A stretch of 64,000 nt of DNA from an uncultured Solirubrobacterales bacterium (GTDB lineage Bacteria > Actinomycetota > Thermoleophilia > Solirubrobacterales > 70-9): the NCBI GenBank assembly GCA_963777915.1, contig CAVZSH010000007.1, positions 83,433 through 147,432 on the forward strand, given 5' to 3'. The notes under the pieces were generated by a model, which saw nothing but the letters and a program-made list of their open reading frames with translations, did not search any database and was not told the DNA's origin. Shown here piece after piece: positions 41,193 to 52,222 of the stretch (positions are counted from its first letter, which is position 1; each line of letters starts with the position of its first letter). The position numbers and the translations under genes are program-made.

Positions 41193-43124
41193 ATGAGCTC
41201 CGAGCGATCCCGATCGGCAATGAATCGGATAGGAGTACCAGCGCCGCCGTCCTTTGCGGTGACGCAGCACGAATGGGAGCTCCATCGCCTCGGCGAAGAG
41301 TTAAAGGGGCGCGCCGAGGACGTCCTGGAGCTGACGCTTGAGCGGACCACCGGTCCGGAGCACGAGGTCGACTCTTTGGTCCAGGACAGCTTCGAACGGA
41401 TCAGTCGCAACTCAACGATCGCTGTGGCTCGCTGGATCGCGGGGGAGAGCATGGAGGTGGCGATCGAGGCTGGACGAGAAACCTGGGAGATTTTTGGCGA
41501 GCTGGCAGTGCACCGGGCGGCCTCCCTTAACGAGGTGACCTGGCGCTGCTTTTGGTGGCGTAACGCGATGGCCGAGGTGATCAAGGAGAGTGCCTCCAAG
41601 CTGGAAATCCCGTCCGAAGCGCTGGTCGACGCACTCAACATCTTGCAGCTGAGTCTAGAGTTCAGCCTACTGCGGATGTGTGAGTGCTTTGAGAGCGAGC
41701 GCCAGCGCACCGACGAAAAACTCGCCCGGCGTGAGGACGAGCTCTCCTTCCTGGCGACACACGACCCGTTGACCGGTCTTCCCAACCGCACCTTGATCCT
41801 CGACCGGGTTGAGCAAATCCTCGCTCGCTCACGTCGCAAGCAATCCCCGGTGGCGGCGCTGTTCATCGACCTCGACAACTTCAAGGATATAAACGACACC
41901 CTCGGTCATGGCGTCGGAGATGAACTGCTGGAGGCCGTCGCGGCTCGGCTTAACGGCGTAATCCGCGACGCCGATGCGCTTGGACGTCTAGGTGGCGATG
42001 AGTTCGTCGTGATCTCAGAAGAGATCTCCCTGGCAGCCGGCCCTGAGCTCGTCGCTGAGCGACTGCTTGAAGCGCTCGAGCAGCCGTTCAAGCTCGGAGA
42101 GGGCAGAGAGACCCGCGTGACCGTAAGGGCGAGTATCGGGATCGCGATCGGCGAGCGAACCTCGGCCGAGGAGCTCCTGCGCCAAGCCGACATCGCGATG
42201 TACCGGGCAAAGTGGGACGGAAAGCATCGCTACGTCGTGTTCGAGACCGGAATGCAGGACTTCATCCAAAACCGCATGGAACTCGAGATGGACCTGCTCG
42301 AAGCTCTGGAGAAGGACGAGTTCTTTCTCGCCTATCAGCCGACGATTGACCTAAGTGATATGAGTCCCACCGGTGTGGAGGCCCTGATCCGCTGGGATCA
42401 TCCCAAGCGGGGGGTGATTCAACCAGAATGCTTCATCCCGCTGCTCGAGGAGTCAGGCCTGATCACGGAGATCGGCAAGTGGGTTCTGAACCAAGCCTGC
42501 GGTCAGTGTGCCGAATGGAGGAAGGCCGGATATCCGATCGGCATTGCAGTCAACGTCTCCGCACGCCAGCTCGACAGCGATCAGATCACGACCGACATCA
42601 AAGAGGCGCTCGATGAAAGCGGTCTGGAGCCCACAGAGCTGACCATCGAGGTTACCGAGACAGAGCTGATGCGAAATTTCGAGGAGACCTCGCGACGCCT
42701 CGGTGCGGTCAAGGCGCTTGGCGTGCGGATAGCGATCGATGATTTCGGGACGGGATATTCATCATTAGCCCACCTGCAGCGGTTCCCTGTGGATGCATTG
42801 AAGATCGACCAGTCCTTCATCTCAGGGTTGAGCCGCTATCAGGAGGGAGAGACTTTAATCCGCACCCTGGTGCAGTTAGGAAAGTCCCTTTCGATCCAGA
42901 CCATCGCCGAGGGTATCGAGCAACATCGCGAGCTCTCCCTGCTCAAGGACGAGGACTGCGACAACGGGCAAGGTTTCCTCTTCGCCCGGCCTCTTGACGT
43001 AGCCGCCACCGAGGCGTTCCTGCGGGACTGGCTCGACCGCTCGAATCCTACCTTCGCCGAAGCGCCAAAGGACACAAGTCAAGCAGTCCCTACCACGGTC
43101 GACGCCTCTCCAGGGAAGATCTGA
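41193..43124 (+). CDS. GGDEF-EAL protein (diguanylate cyclase/phosphodiesterase) with an uncharacterised helical N-terminal domain
   Basis: Contains HDPLTGLPNR, DLDNFKDINDTLGHGVGD, I-site RDAD followed by RLGGDEFVV, then EALIRW, DDFGTGYSSL and QGFLFARP. Confidence 0.9.
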   Translation: MSSERSRSAMNRIGVPAPPSFAVTQHEWELHRLGEELKGRAEDVLELTLERTTGPEHEVDSLVQDSFERISRNSTIAVARWIAGESMEVAIEAGRETWEIFGELAVHRAASLNEVTWRCFWWRNAMAEVIKESASKLEIPSEALVDALNILQLSLEFSLLRMCECFESERQRTDEKLARREDELSFLATHDPLTGLPNRTLILDRVEQILARSRRKQSPVAALFIDLDNFKDINDTLGHGVGDELLEAVAARLNGVIRDADALGRLGGDEFVVISEEISLAAGPELVAERLLEALEQPFKLGEGRETRVTVRASIGIAIGERTSAEELLRQADIAMYRAKWDGKHRYVVFETGMQDFIQNRMELEMDLLEALEKDEFFLAYQPTIDLSDMSPTGVEALIRWDHPKRGVIQPECFIPLLEESGLITEIGKWVLNQACGQCAEWRKAGYPIGIAVNVSARQLDSDQITTDIKEALDESGLEPTELTIEVTETELMRNFEETSRRLGAVKALGVRIAIDDFGTGYSSLAHLQRFPVDALKIDQSFISGLSRYQEGETLIRTLVQLGKSLSIQTIAEGIEQHRELSLLKDEDCDNGQGFLFARPLDVAATEAFLRDWLDRSNPTFAEAPKDTSQAVPTTVDASPGKI

Positions 43125-43271
43125 TCTGGCACACCCCGTAACGGCATGTTTCACCTTCGAGATCGACTGTCGTTGCAGTGGGATGGGCCTTCGCATGACA
43201 CGTATGCTCAACACCCAGAGTAGGTTCCCGGAGTCTTTCTGAGGCGTTTATCGCGGGTCGAGGCTAGTAGC

Positions 43272-43430
43272 TACCTGTCCTGCCCACGGACGTTGTGAAC
43301 GGGCCCGGCCTCGTTGTAGTCGCGGAGCCAATGGGGCAGGGCCAGTTGTGATAACGGTGTGAGGTGTAGGTCACCTGGTAGGCTCACTCAAGCAGCATCG
43401 CGCGGATGACCCGCACGCCTTGTTTGTTGA
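43272..43430 (-). mobile_element. short scar of an rve-type (IS3/IS481-like) integrase
   Basis: The reverse strand reads LNKQGVRVIRAMLLE* and, in another frame, ..LAPRLRDYNEAGPVHNVRGQ. The latter resembles the DYNxxRPHxxLG tail of DDE integrases. No intact ORF is present. Confidence 0.2.
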
Positions 43431-43647
43431 GTGATCCGGAGCAGGTCTCACTTTAAGTGGCAAGGCTGGGGCATGATTGCCGAGAAGGAGATGATTCCGC
43501 AGGCCTGGCACCTTTCGAGGACTCTAGCCAGGTGTTCGAGGCTGGCAGTGTCACCTGCAACCGCCACCTTGGCGGAGGAAGCCGGCACTCTGACACCTGA
43601 GCAGCACCAGACGAGTTAGCACTGTGCACAGCTTACGGTTCGGCGGG

Positions 43648-44325
43648 CTATGGGCTTGCGACCTGCTCGTCTTTTAGGACGCCTTGCAGCTCAGCAAGCT
43701 TCTCGGTTGCTGAGCTCGCGAGCTGAGCGGCTACCGGAACTTTGGATAGGCGTTCCTTCAGCGCATCGATCTTCTCGCCTGCCGCTTTAAGCTCGCTTTC
43801 CAACTGCTGCTCGCGCTCGACGCTCCGCTCCCGCTCGCGCTCAAACTCCTCACGCTGGTCGGCTAGCGTTGTCGCCGCCTGCTCTGCGCGGTCATCGACA
43901 TCGTGTAGCTCGCCGCGTGCCGCTTTAAGCTCGCTTTCCAACTGCTGCTCGCGCTCGACGCTCCGCTCCCGCTCGCGCTCAAACTCCTCACGCTGGTCGG
44001 CTAGCGTTGTCGCCGCCTGCTCTGCGCGGTCATCGACATCGTGTAGCTCGCCGCGTGCCGCTTTAAGCTCGCTTTCCAACTGCTGCTCGCGCTCGACGCT
44101 CCGCTCCCGCTCGCGCTCAAACTCCTCACGCTGGTCGGCTAGCGTTGTCGCCGCCTGCTCTGCGCGGTCATCGACATCGTGTAGCTCGCCGATCCGACGC
44201 TCCACCGTCTCGACTAGGCGGCCGACATTACGCATTTGCTCGTGCATGGCCGAGAGCGCCGTCGAGAGCTCTGCGAGCTCGCCCTCTTCGTCATTGCTGT
44301 TGGTTGGTCCCGTGCCTTCAGGCAT
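43648..44325 (-). CDS. acidic coiled-coil protein with three identical 46-aa repeats
   Basis: The unit ELHDVDDRAEQAATTLADQREEFERERERSVEREQQLESELKAARG occurs three times. ATG 44325 was chosen; an alternative GTG at 44379 would overlap the upstream gene. Confidence 0.7.
   Translation of the reverse strand: MPEGTGPTNSNDEEGELAELSTALSAMHEQMRNVGRLVETVERRIGELHDVDDRAEQAATTLADQREEFERERERSVEREQQLESELKAARGELHDVDDRAEQAATTLADQREEFERERERSVEREQQLESELKAARGELHDVDDRAEQAATTLADQREEFERERERSVEREQQLESELKAAGEKIDALKERLSKVPVAAQLASSATEKLAELQGVLKDEQVASP
43780..44191. repeat. three perfect tandem copies of a 138-bp unit (in frame, inside the coiled-coil gene)
   Basis: GCCGCTTTAAGCTCG... begins at 43781, 43919 and 44057, a period of exactly 138 bp. 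I saw no mismatch between copies. Confidence 0.95.
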
Positions 44326-44347
44326 GGGATTCGGCTTATCCACTGCC

Positions 44348-45097
44348 TCATCGAGGTTGCCCGCGGGCAACCTCGCCACCCCGTGAATCGTGCCCTCCCT
44401 GCGTTGCTGCCTCAGAGGGCGGTGGCTCAGCGATTTGCTCGGGGGCTGGCTCAGGAGGAGCCGCCAACTCCGGCGGCGGCTGTGGATGAAGTGTAGTCGT
44501 AGATCGAGGTTCCGGCTCTCCGTGCGGCTCGGTGGTCGTGGCGGGCAGCTCCGGTAATTCGGTCACCGTCGGACGCTCCTGCACGGGGAGAGTCTCGATC
44601 AGGCTCTGAATCTGCGTCCCAGTCGCGATCAGGGGTCGGACCTCGTTCCTGGTCATCACCTCGATGTCGTTGATGCCCAGCATGTTGAACGGGTCCTCGA
44701 TTGCGAGAAGTAGAGCTCCGTCGGAGGCGAAGGCGATCGGCAAGGCGGCATATCGGATTGCGGTGGACTTATCGATCAGGCTGGTGACCTCCAGATCGAC
44801 TTCGAACTGGTCGAGATCGACGTGGTTAAGGCAGTTTCGCTCGGCCACTGCGAGCGAGAGCTGCCGCTCGTCGATTACGCCATTTTCAAGCAGATAGCGC
44901 TCGGGAGTCTTCGCAGACTGGCGGGTTGCGTTGACGGCCTCCTCTACGGCGCCTTGATCGGCGAAGCCGAGCTCGGCGATTACGTCGGTCAGGAAGGCGC
45001 CCTGGCGATCGGGGTTGGATGGGGGGGTGATCCCCATCGCGCTCGGAGCGAGCCCTGAGACGCTCGGGCCGGGGTTGGTGGTGGCGGTCTCGCTCAT
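44348..45097 (-). CDS. stand-alone T2SSE_N / MshEN-like domain protein with Pro-rich C-terminal tail
   Basis: FLTDVIAELGFADQGAVEEAVNATRQSAKTPERYLLENGVIDERQLSLAVAERNCLNHVDL...ALPIAF...LLLAIEDPFN parallels the N-terminus of the local pilB (SELGYATPDSVREAIEVARTAGRSPEALLLEQGAVNSDQLSRAIAERYGLDHLD). There is no ATPase domain. Its ATG overlaps the upstream stop (ATGA). Confidence 0.7.
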   Translation of the reverse strand: MSETATTNPGPSVSGLAPSAMGITPPSNPDRQGAFLTDVIAELGFADQGAVEEAVNATRQSAKTPERYLLENGVIDERQLSLAVAERNCLNHVDLDQFEVDLEVTSLIDKSTAIRYAALPIAFASDGALLLAIEDPFNMLGINDIEVMTRNEVRPLIATGTQIQSLIETLPVQERPTVTELPELPATTTEPHGEPEPRSTTTLHPQPPPELAAPPEPAPEQIAEPPPSEAATQGGHDSRGGEVARGQPR

Positions 45098-46095
45098 CCG
45101 CTCACCTGTTGGTGGACGGCGTCCGACTTGCGACGCTCACCCGAGGCTCGGGCAGTCGCTTCTGCAAGCATGAATGCCTCTTCGGGAGACGGCGTTCCGG
45201 CCAACGCTTGAACACCTTCGGATAGTTCGATTCGCGGGCCGTGTCCCTCCGTCACCCGCCGCAGCGCGGCCTGGACGCGGTCGACGAAATCCGACGCATT
45301 CTCTACTCGACAGCCGACTAGGATTGCCGCAACTGTTGCCTCTCCGATCCGACCGAGGCGATCCGTCGCCCTGGCATTTGTTTCCAACACCTCCGCGACG
45401 ATCTTCATCGCCAGCTTGCTTCGCGGATCGCCATTTGGGGCCCGATCCGGCCCCGCGCCGATCCGGAAGGCCACGAGTACGGACTCGACGGTTCCCCGGC
45501 TCGTCAACGCCCACTCGTGGTCCAGCAGGTTGAGAAAACTGTCGCGGCTATGGAGGCCGGTGTCTACATCAATCTTCGCGCCCGCCGCCGAGCTTCTTCG
45601 AAGCCGTCGGAGCTCAGCTCGCTGCTCAACGCTCTCCCATTCGTGACTCAGCAGCCGAGCGGCGATCCCGAGCAATGCCCTGTGGGCGCTGTCGTAGACG
45701 TCGGCGCGTGTGTCAAGGACGGCGAGGATCCCGACAATCCTGCCGTCGCTGAACTCGAGGGGCATCCCAAGGTACGCAACTACACCCAGCGATTTGAGGT
45801 AATCGCAATCTAGCTCGGCGGGCGACGACAGATCCGGGCCGTCTCCCGAGGCCGGGCCAGCGCCGTTTGCACGTGTCCTCAGCGGCAAGACAGTGTCCTT
45901 GTCGATTCCGTTTACGCCAGGGCCCCGAACCTCGACAACCCGACAGCCCTGCCCGTCGGGTTCGAGCCGACCCAGGACGATCTCGCCGGGGATGACGTCG
46001 GCTATTGCGCTCAGCACCGGCTTTAGAGCATCCGAAAAGCTGCGGAAACGAGGATGCCCTAGGCGGATCAGCGCCTGGGCCTCAATGCCGTCCAT
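45094..46095 (-). CDS. GAF domain + degenerate GGDEF domain protein (active site lost, RxxD I-site kept)
   Basis: The GAF tail reads YLGMPLEFSDGRIVGILAVLD. The GGDEF-like region reads DVDTGLHSRDSF ... RATDRLGRIGEATVAAIL, which aligns position by position with the RxxD-xxx-R-x-GG(D/E)EF consensus, so the I-site is present and GGDEF is replaced by IGEAT. ATG 46095 was chosen within track ORF 45094..46263. Confidence 0.7.
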   Translation of the reverse strand: MDGIEAQALIRLGHPRFRSFSDALKPVLSAIADVIPGEIVLGRLEPDGQGCRVVEVRGPGVNGIDKDTVLPLRTRANGAGPASGDGPDLSSPAELDCDYLKSLGVVAYLGMPLEFSDGRIVGILAVLDTRADVYDSAHRALLGIAARLLSHEWESVEQRAELRRLRRSSAAGAKIDVDTGLHSRDSFLNLLDHEWALTSRGTVESVLVAFRIGAGPDRAPNGDPRSKLAMKIVAEVLETNARATDRLGRIGEATVAAILVGCRVENASDFVDRVQAALRRVTEGHGPRIELSEGVQALAGTPSPEEAFMLAEATARASGERRKSDAVHQQVSG

Positions 46096-46169
46096 ACGAT
46101 TCCTATCGGATCGAGATCGAAATATCTGAGTCTGGGCTGAATGCTTCCGAGTTGGAGGGCGAAAAAGAA

Positions 46170-46183
46170 GGCCATTTATGGCC
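46170..46183. promoter_or_regulatory. perfect palindrome GGCCAT-TT-ATGGCC about 75 nt upstream of the GAF-GGDEF operon start
   Basis: 6+2+6 inverted repeat seen directly in the sequence. Its function is unknown. Confidence 0.25.
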
Positions 46184-46311
46184 ATACTCAGAGGCAGTGG
46201 AGCGGTTTCCAAGTTTCGTTCGCGGCCGACATTGGGAACCTCAAGTCGGTCCCGCTTGGGCACCGGTACCGATTCGCTTGCCTTTCTCCGAGCCCGGTTT
46301 GACTGCGAACT

Positions 46312-46330
46312 GCGCTGCTGCTCGCAGCGC
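46312..46330 (-). terminator. hairpin downstream of yihY
   Basis: GCGCTGC-tgctc-GCAGCGC (7-bp stem) lies about 25 nt past the yihY stop. Confidence 0.3.
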
Positions 46331-46354
46331 CAGCGCTGGCGTCGCCTTGCTCCC

Positions 46355-47257
46355 TCACCGGATCCTCTCGCCGGCGCAATCTGCGCAGCCGCCGTTTTGC
46401 TTTGCCTCGCCGTAGGGCATCTCGCCGGTGTCTTGCAACTCGAAGCGTAGCGAGTTGATCACCGCGCCGGAAAGCAGCGCCAAGCTCAGTAGATAGAACC
46501 AGAGCAGGGCGATGAGGGCGAAGCCAAGAGTGGAACCGAGGTGGGAGAGGCTTGAGATGTTGTTCAGGTAGATCGGGAAGAGCCAGTTGGCGAGGCCGGT
46601 CGTGACGGTGACGAAGAGCGCTCCCGGCCAGACTGCGCGCCACGGCATATGACCTTTGGGCACTGCCCAGAAGATCACGGAGCAGACCCAAAAGCTGATC
46701 AGAAGGGCCGCGCCGAGCAGTAGCGCCGTGTCGATCGCCCTGATGTGGGAGAGCCCGAAGGGGAGTCGGTCGGTGCCGGAGGCGATGGCGCTCTCAAGTG
46801 CCGGCAGGAAGATGCTGGCGGCGATGAAGAGGATGACGACTGCGAGCATCACGAAGGAAAAGCGCTTTTGCTCAACCCAGCCGCGGCACTCGACGTGGTA
46901 AATGCGACAAAAGGCGGTGTCCATCGCCCCCCAGAAAGAGGCGCCGATCCACAGCGAGCCGAAAAAGGCGGCGATTCCGATCGTGGTCGAGTTATCCACG
47001 ATCCGGTTGAGCACGTCGGTCAGAGTGCCCTGGTCGACGTTCGGGAAGAGGCGCTTGAGGTCGCCCAGGACGCTGCTCTCGACGCCGCCGATCTTCAGTA
47101 CCTGCCCAAAGACGAAGAGGACCAGCAGGGCGAAGGGGAAGATCGCCAGCATCAGGTTGTAGGCGACCATTGCGGAGAGCCCGGTGACGTTCTCGCGGTA
47201 GGCGCGTTGCCAGAAGGCGCGGAGCCAGGGGCGGGGGTGGCGCATCGATTTGGGCAT
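46355..47257 (-). CDS. YihY/BrkB (virulence factor BrkB / RNase BN-like) family membrane protein
   Basis: Contains ENVTGLSAMVAYNLMLAIFPF, followed by six TM segments and a C-terminal tail. Confidence 0.8.
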   Translation of the reverse strand: MPKSMRHPRPWLRAFWQRAYRENVTGLSAMVAYNLMLAIFPFALLVLFVFGQVLKIGGVESSVLGDLKRLFPNVDQGTLTDVLNRIVDNSTTIGIAAFFGSLWIGASFWGAMDTAFCRIYHVECRGWVEQKRFSFVMLAVVILFIAASIFLPALESAIASGTDRLPFGLSHIRAIDTALLLGAALLISFWVCSVIFWAVPKGHMPWRAVWPGALFVTVTTGLANWLFPIYLNNISSLSHLGSTLGFALIALLWFYLLSLALLSGAVINSLRFELQDTGEMPYGEAKQNGGCADCAGERIR

Positions 47258-47452
47258 TAGGTTGACTTCACAAACTGAAGCGACTACCATACGAACAGAC
47301 GTTTGAGCGCCCAGTGATAGGCGATCGGCGCAGACTTACCTTCGCGGACCAGCTCTCCGGTCCGCTTTTTGTCGCCTTCCGCGACTTTTGGTCTGCGGTC
47401 GCATTTCAGTGGCAGGACTAAACCATCTAGCGCAAGGGAACGAGTTGACAGG

Positions 47453-48559
47453 ATGCTGGTAGCAGAGCTTCAAGAGATGGAGGAGGTCAAAGGCCTCATC
47501 ACGCGCGGGCAGCAGCTCGGCGTGCTCACCTTCGGTGACGTCGCCTCGGCGGTCTCCGAGGTCGACTTGGACGAGTCCGACGTCGAGGACCTGTACGGGC
47601 ACCTCGAGAAGTCGGGGATCGAGCTCGTCGAGGACATGGATCCGGCCCAGAAAGCCGCAGCCGACGCAATGCCCGTAGACACCGGCAAAAAAGGCCGTCG
47701 ACGCCCCAAACAGGCGCTCGACCTCAAACCTGACATGACGACCGATTCCTTGCAGTTGTTCCTCAAGGACATAGGCAAGGTGCGGCTTCTTACCGCCCAG
47801 GAGGAGGTCGAACTGGCGAAGCGGATCGAGCGTGGCGACCTCGACGCGAAGCAGAAAATGGTCGAGTCCAACCTACGCCTGGTCGTCTCGATTGCCAAGA
47901 ACTATCGAAATCAGGGCCTTCCCTTCCTCGACCTGATTCAGGAGGGGACGTTGGGACTGGTCCGCGCGGCGGAGAAGTTCGACTACCGCAAGGGATTTAA
48001 GTTCTCGACCTATGCAACCTGGTGGATCCGCCAGGCGATCGCCCGCGCGCTCGCCGATAAGGCAAGGACTATCCGCATCCCGGTCCACGTGGTCGAGAAG
48101 CTGAATAAGATCGGCCGCGCCGAGCGAAAGCTGGTCACCGAGCTGGGCCGGGAGCCCACCCCGGAGGAGATCGCCGAGGTGACCGGGATCGATCCCGAGG
48201 AGGTCGACTCGATCAAGCGCTCCGCGCAGGCCCCGGTTTCCCTCGAGAAGCCGGTCGGCGATGAGGAGGAGTCCGAGTTCGGCCAGTTCATCGCCGATGA
48301 GAAGGCTGAGTCCCCGTTTGATCGGGCGGCCGACCTGCTCACCAAAGAGGCGCTGAAGGAAGCACTGGAGAACCTCTCCTACCGCGAGCGTCGCGTGCTG
48401 GAGTTGCGCTACGGCCTCGGTGGCGAGCACCCGCGCACCCTGGACGAGGTCGGACGGACCTTCAATGTGACCCGCGAGCGGATCCGCCAGATCGAGAACC
48501 AGAGCCTGAAGAAGCTGCAGAGCCTGGGCGAGGCCCAGAAGCTGCGTGAGATCGCTTAA
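47453..48559 (+). CDS. rpoD: principal RNA polymerase sigma factor (SigA/RpoD)
   Basis: Acidic region 1.1, region 2 ([56 protein letters not shown]), region 3 and region 4.2 ([20 protein letters not shown]). Confidence 0.9.
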   Translation: MLVAELQEMEEVKGLITRGQQLGVLTFGDVASAVSEVDLDESDVEDLYGHLEKSGIELVEDMDPAQKAAADAMPVDTGKKGRRRPKQALDLKPDMTTDSLQLFLKDIGKVRLLTAQEEVELAKRIERGDLDAKQKMVESNLRLVVSIAKNYRNQGLPFLDLIQEGTLGLVRAAEKFDYRKGFKFSTYATWWIRQAIARALADKARTIRIPVHVVEKLNKIGRAERKLVTELGREPTPEEIAEVTGIDPEEVDSIKRSAQAPVSLEKPVGDEEESEFGQFIADEKAESPFDRAADLLTKEALKEALENLSYRERRVLELRYGLGGEHPRTLDEVGRTFNVTRERIRQIENQSLKKLQSLGEAQKLREIA

Positions 48560-48604
48560 GAGCGCCACTTAAGGCATCGATCGTCCCGGCCGATAGAGAT
48601 CGGG

Positions 48605-49720
48605 ATGTTCGACATTGACTCAGCTTTGAGCACGCTCGTCGAGCGGCAGGGGTCCGACCTCCACGTCAAAGTCTCCTCGCCGCCGATCCTTCGCGTCCAC
48701 GGTCAGCTCTCCTACCTTGAGGGCCACGCGCCGCTCACCGCCGAAGACACGGAGAAGGCATTCCACGACATCGCCGAGGTGCGCTCCCTGACCGAGTTCG
48801 AGGAGGACGGGGAGGCCGATTATTCATACGCGATCCCCGGCGTCGCTCGCTTTCGCGTCAATACCTTCAAACAGCGTGGTTCGATCTCGATCGTCTGCCG
48901 CGCCATCCCCTTCGAGATTCGCTCGATCGACCAGCTCGGCCTACCTGAGGGGTCCGCTCGCTGGCCAAGGAACCGCGGGGGATCATTCTCGTAACCGGCA
49001 CCACCGGTTCGGGCAAGTCGACGACGCTGGCTGCGATGATCGACCACGTCAATCGACCCGGGCCCGGCACATCGTGACGCTCGAGGATCCGATTGAGTAC
49101 CTGCACCCCGACAAACTCTCGATCATCAACCAGCGCGAGGTAGGGGCTGACACCAAGAGCTTTGGTCGGGCGATGAGGCGGGTCCTGCGCCAGGACCCCG
49201 ATGTGATCTTAATCGGGGAGATGCGAGACGAGGAGACGGTGCGTACGGCGCTCTCGGCCGCGGAGACCGGCCACCTCGTCCTCTCAACGGTCCACACCCT
49301 CGATGCGACCGAGACGATCAACCGGATCATCGACTTCTTCCCGCCACACCTCCAACAGCAGGCGAGGGTGATGCTCTCCGCGACGCTTAAGGGGGCTATC
49401 GCCCAGCGTCTGGTTCCCGACCTTAGCGGCACGGCAGAGTCGCCGCGGCCGAGGTGATGGTAGTTACAGGGCGCATCCAGGACCTGATCCTCAACCCGGA
49501 TGAAACCGGCAAGATCACTGAGGTCATCGCCGAGGGGGAGTACTACGGGATGCGGACCTTCGACCAGTCGCTGCTCGGCTATGTGATGGAGGGTCGCATC
49601 TCCGAGCAGGTGGCGTTGGAGTACGCGTCCAGCCCCCACGATTTCAGGCTGATGCTCGCGGCTGGAGGGCAGCGGGCGAGCGGTATCGAGCAGCTCGACG
49701 CGGAGCCGGTGCCCCAGTGA
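48605..49720 (+). pseudogene. pilT: type IV pilus retraction ATPase PilT, copy 1, interrupted by 3 single-nt frameshifts (about 48950, 49053 and 49430)
   Basis: Contains [88 protein letters not shown] and EVMVVTGRIQDLI. The pieces sit in frames 2, 1, 0 and 2. Confidence 0.85.
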
Positions 49721-50374
49721 GGGAGAAGCTGAACGACAATCCGATCGCCCAGGTCGCCCTGGTAGGTGTTCTCGTAGTTGCGGCTGCGTTTCTACTGCTC
49801 AAAGGGGGTGGCGAAAGCAGCGAAGGATCCAAGGCGACGACTTCGACCAGGCCGAAGCGAGCTCCGGCGCAGGGTCCGCGGGCGAAGATTCTTCCAGCGC
49901 ATCCGCTGGGGGAGAAGCGTCCAGTGTCTCCAGCGGCGAAGAAGGCTCGAGCGCCACGGGTGGTGTAGCGGGCAGCGTAAGCCAAGCCGCTTCCCTACGA
50001 TCCCAGTCTCGGTGCCGGCGCCGCCGTACCGCGGTTTCGGGCGCCTATGCAGCAGATAAGACCATTGTCCTGCTCATCGTTCATCGCGGTGGAATCGAAG
50101 ATCGGATCGTCACCAGGGCGGTAGATCGGCTGAAAAATGACTCCGGGCTCGCCGTCTTTGTCATCCCGGCCAAGCAGATCGCCCGCTATGCGGCGATCAC
50201 GGTTGGAGTCGAAGTCGAGCAGGTGCCGGCGCTGGTTGTGATGCGTCCACGCCGCCTAGCGCCGGTACTCCCCAAGCCTCGAGTGACCTGGCTTCCCAGA
50301 CCCCCCAAAGCGTCGTGCAGGCGGTTCACGGCGCTACCTACAAGGGCCCCGAAATCGCCTATCACCCCAATTGA
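49717..50374 (+). pseudogene. membrane-anchored protein with acidic Ser/Gly linker and alpha/beta C-terminal domain (hypothetical); at least 2 frameshifts
   Basis: The GTG overlaps the pilT stop (GTGA). The pieces are: an N-terminal TM segment (IAQVALVGVLVVAAAFLLL); DDFDQAEASSGAGSAGEDSSSASAGGEASSVSSGEEGSS; KTIVLLIVHRGGIEDRIVTRAVDRLKNDSGLAVFVIPAKQIARYAAITVGVEVEQVPALVVM; and the tail SQTPQSVVQAVHGATYKGPEIAYHPN* in a third frame. Confidence 0.45.
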
Positions 50375-50383
50375 ACTGGTCAC

Positions 50384-52208
<1,825 letters not shown>

Positions 52209-52222
<14 letters not shown>

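Noticed and set aside
43780-44191. Regular 138-bp repeats considered as a CRISPR-like or satellite array.
   Set aside because: The units are directly adjacent with no spacers. They are in frame and encode a coiled-coil repeat inside a clear ORF.
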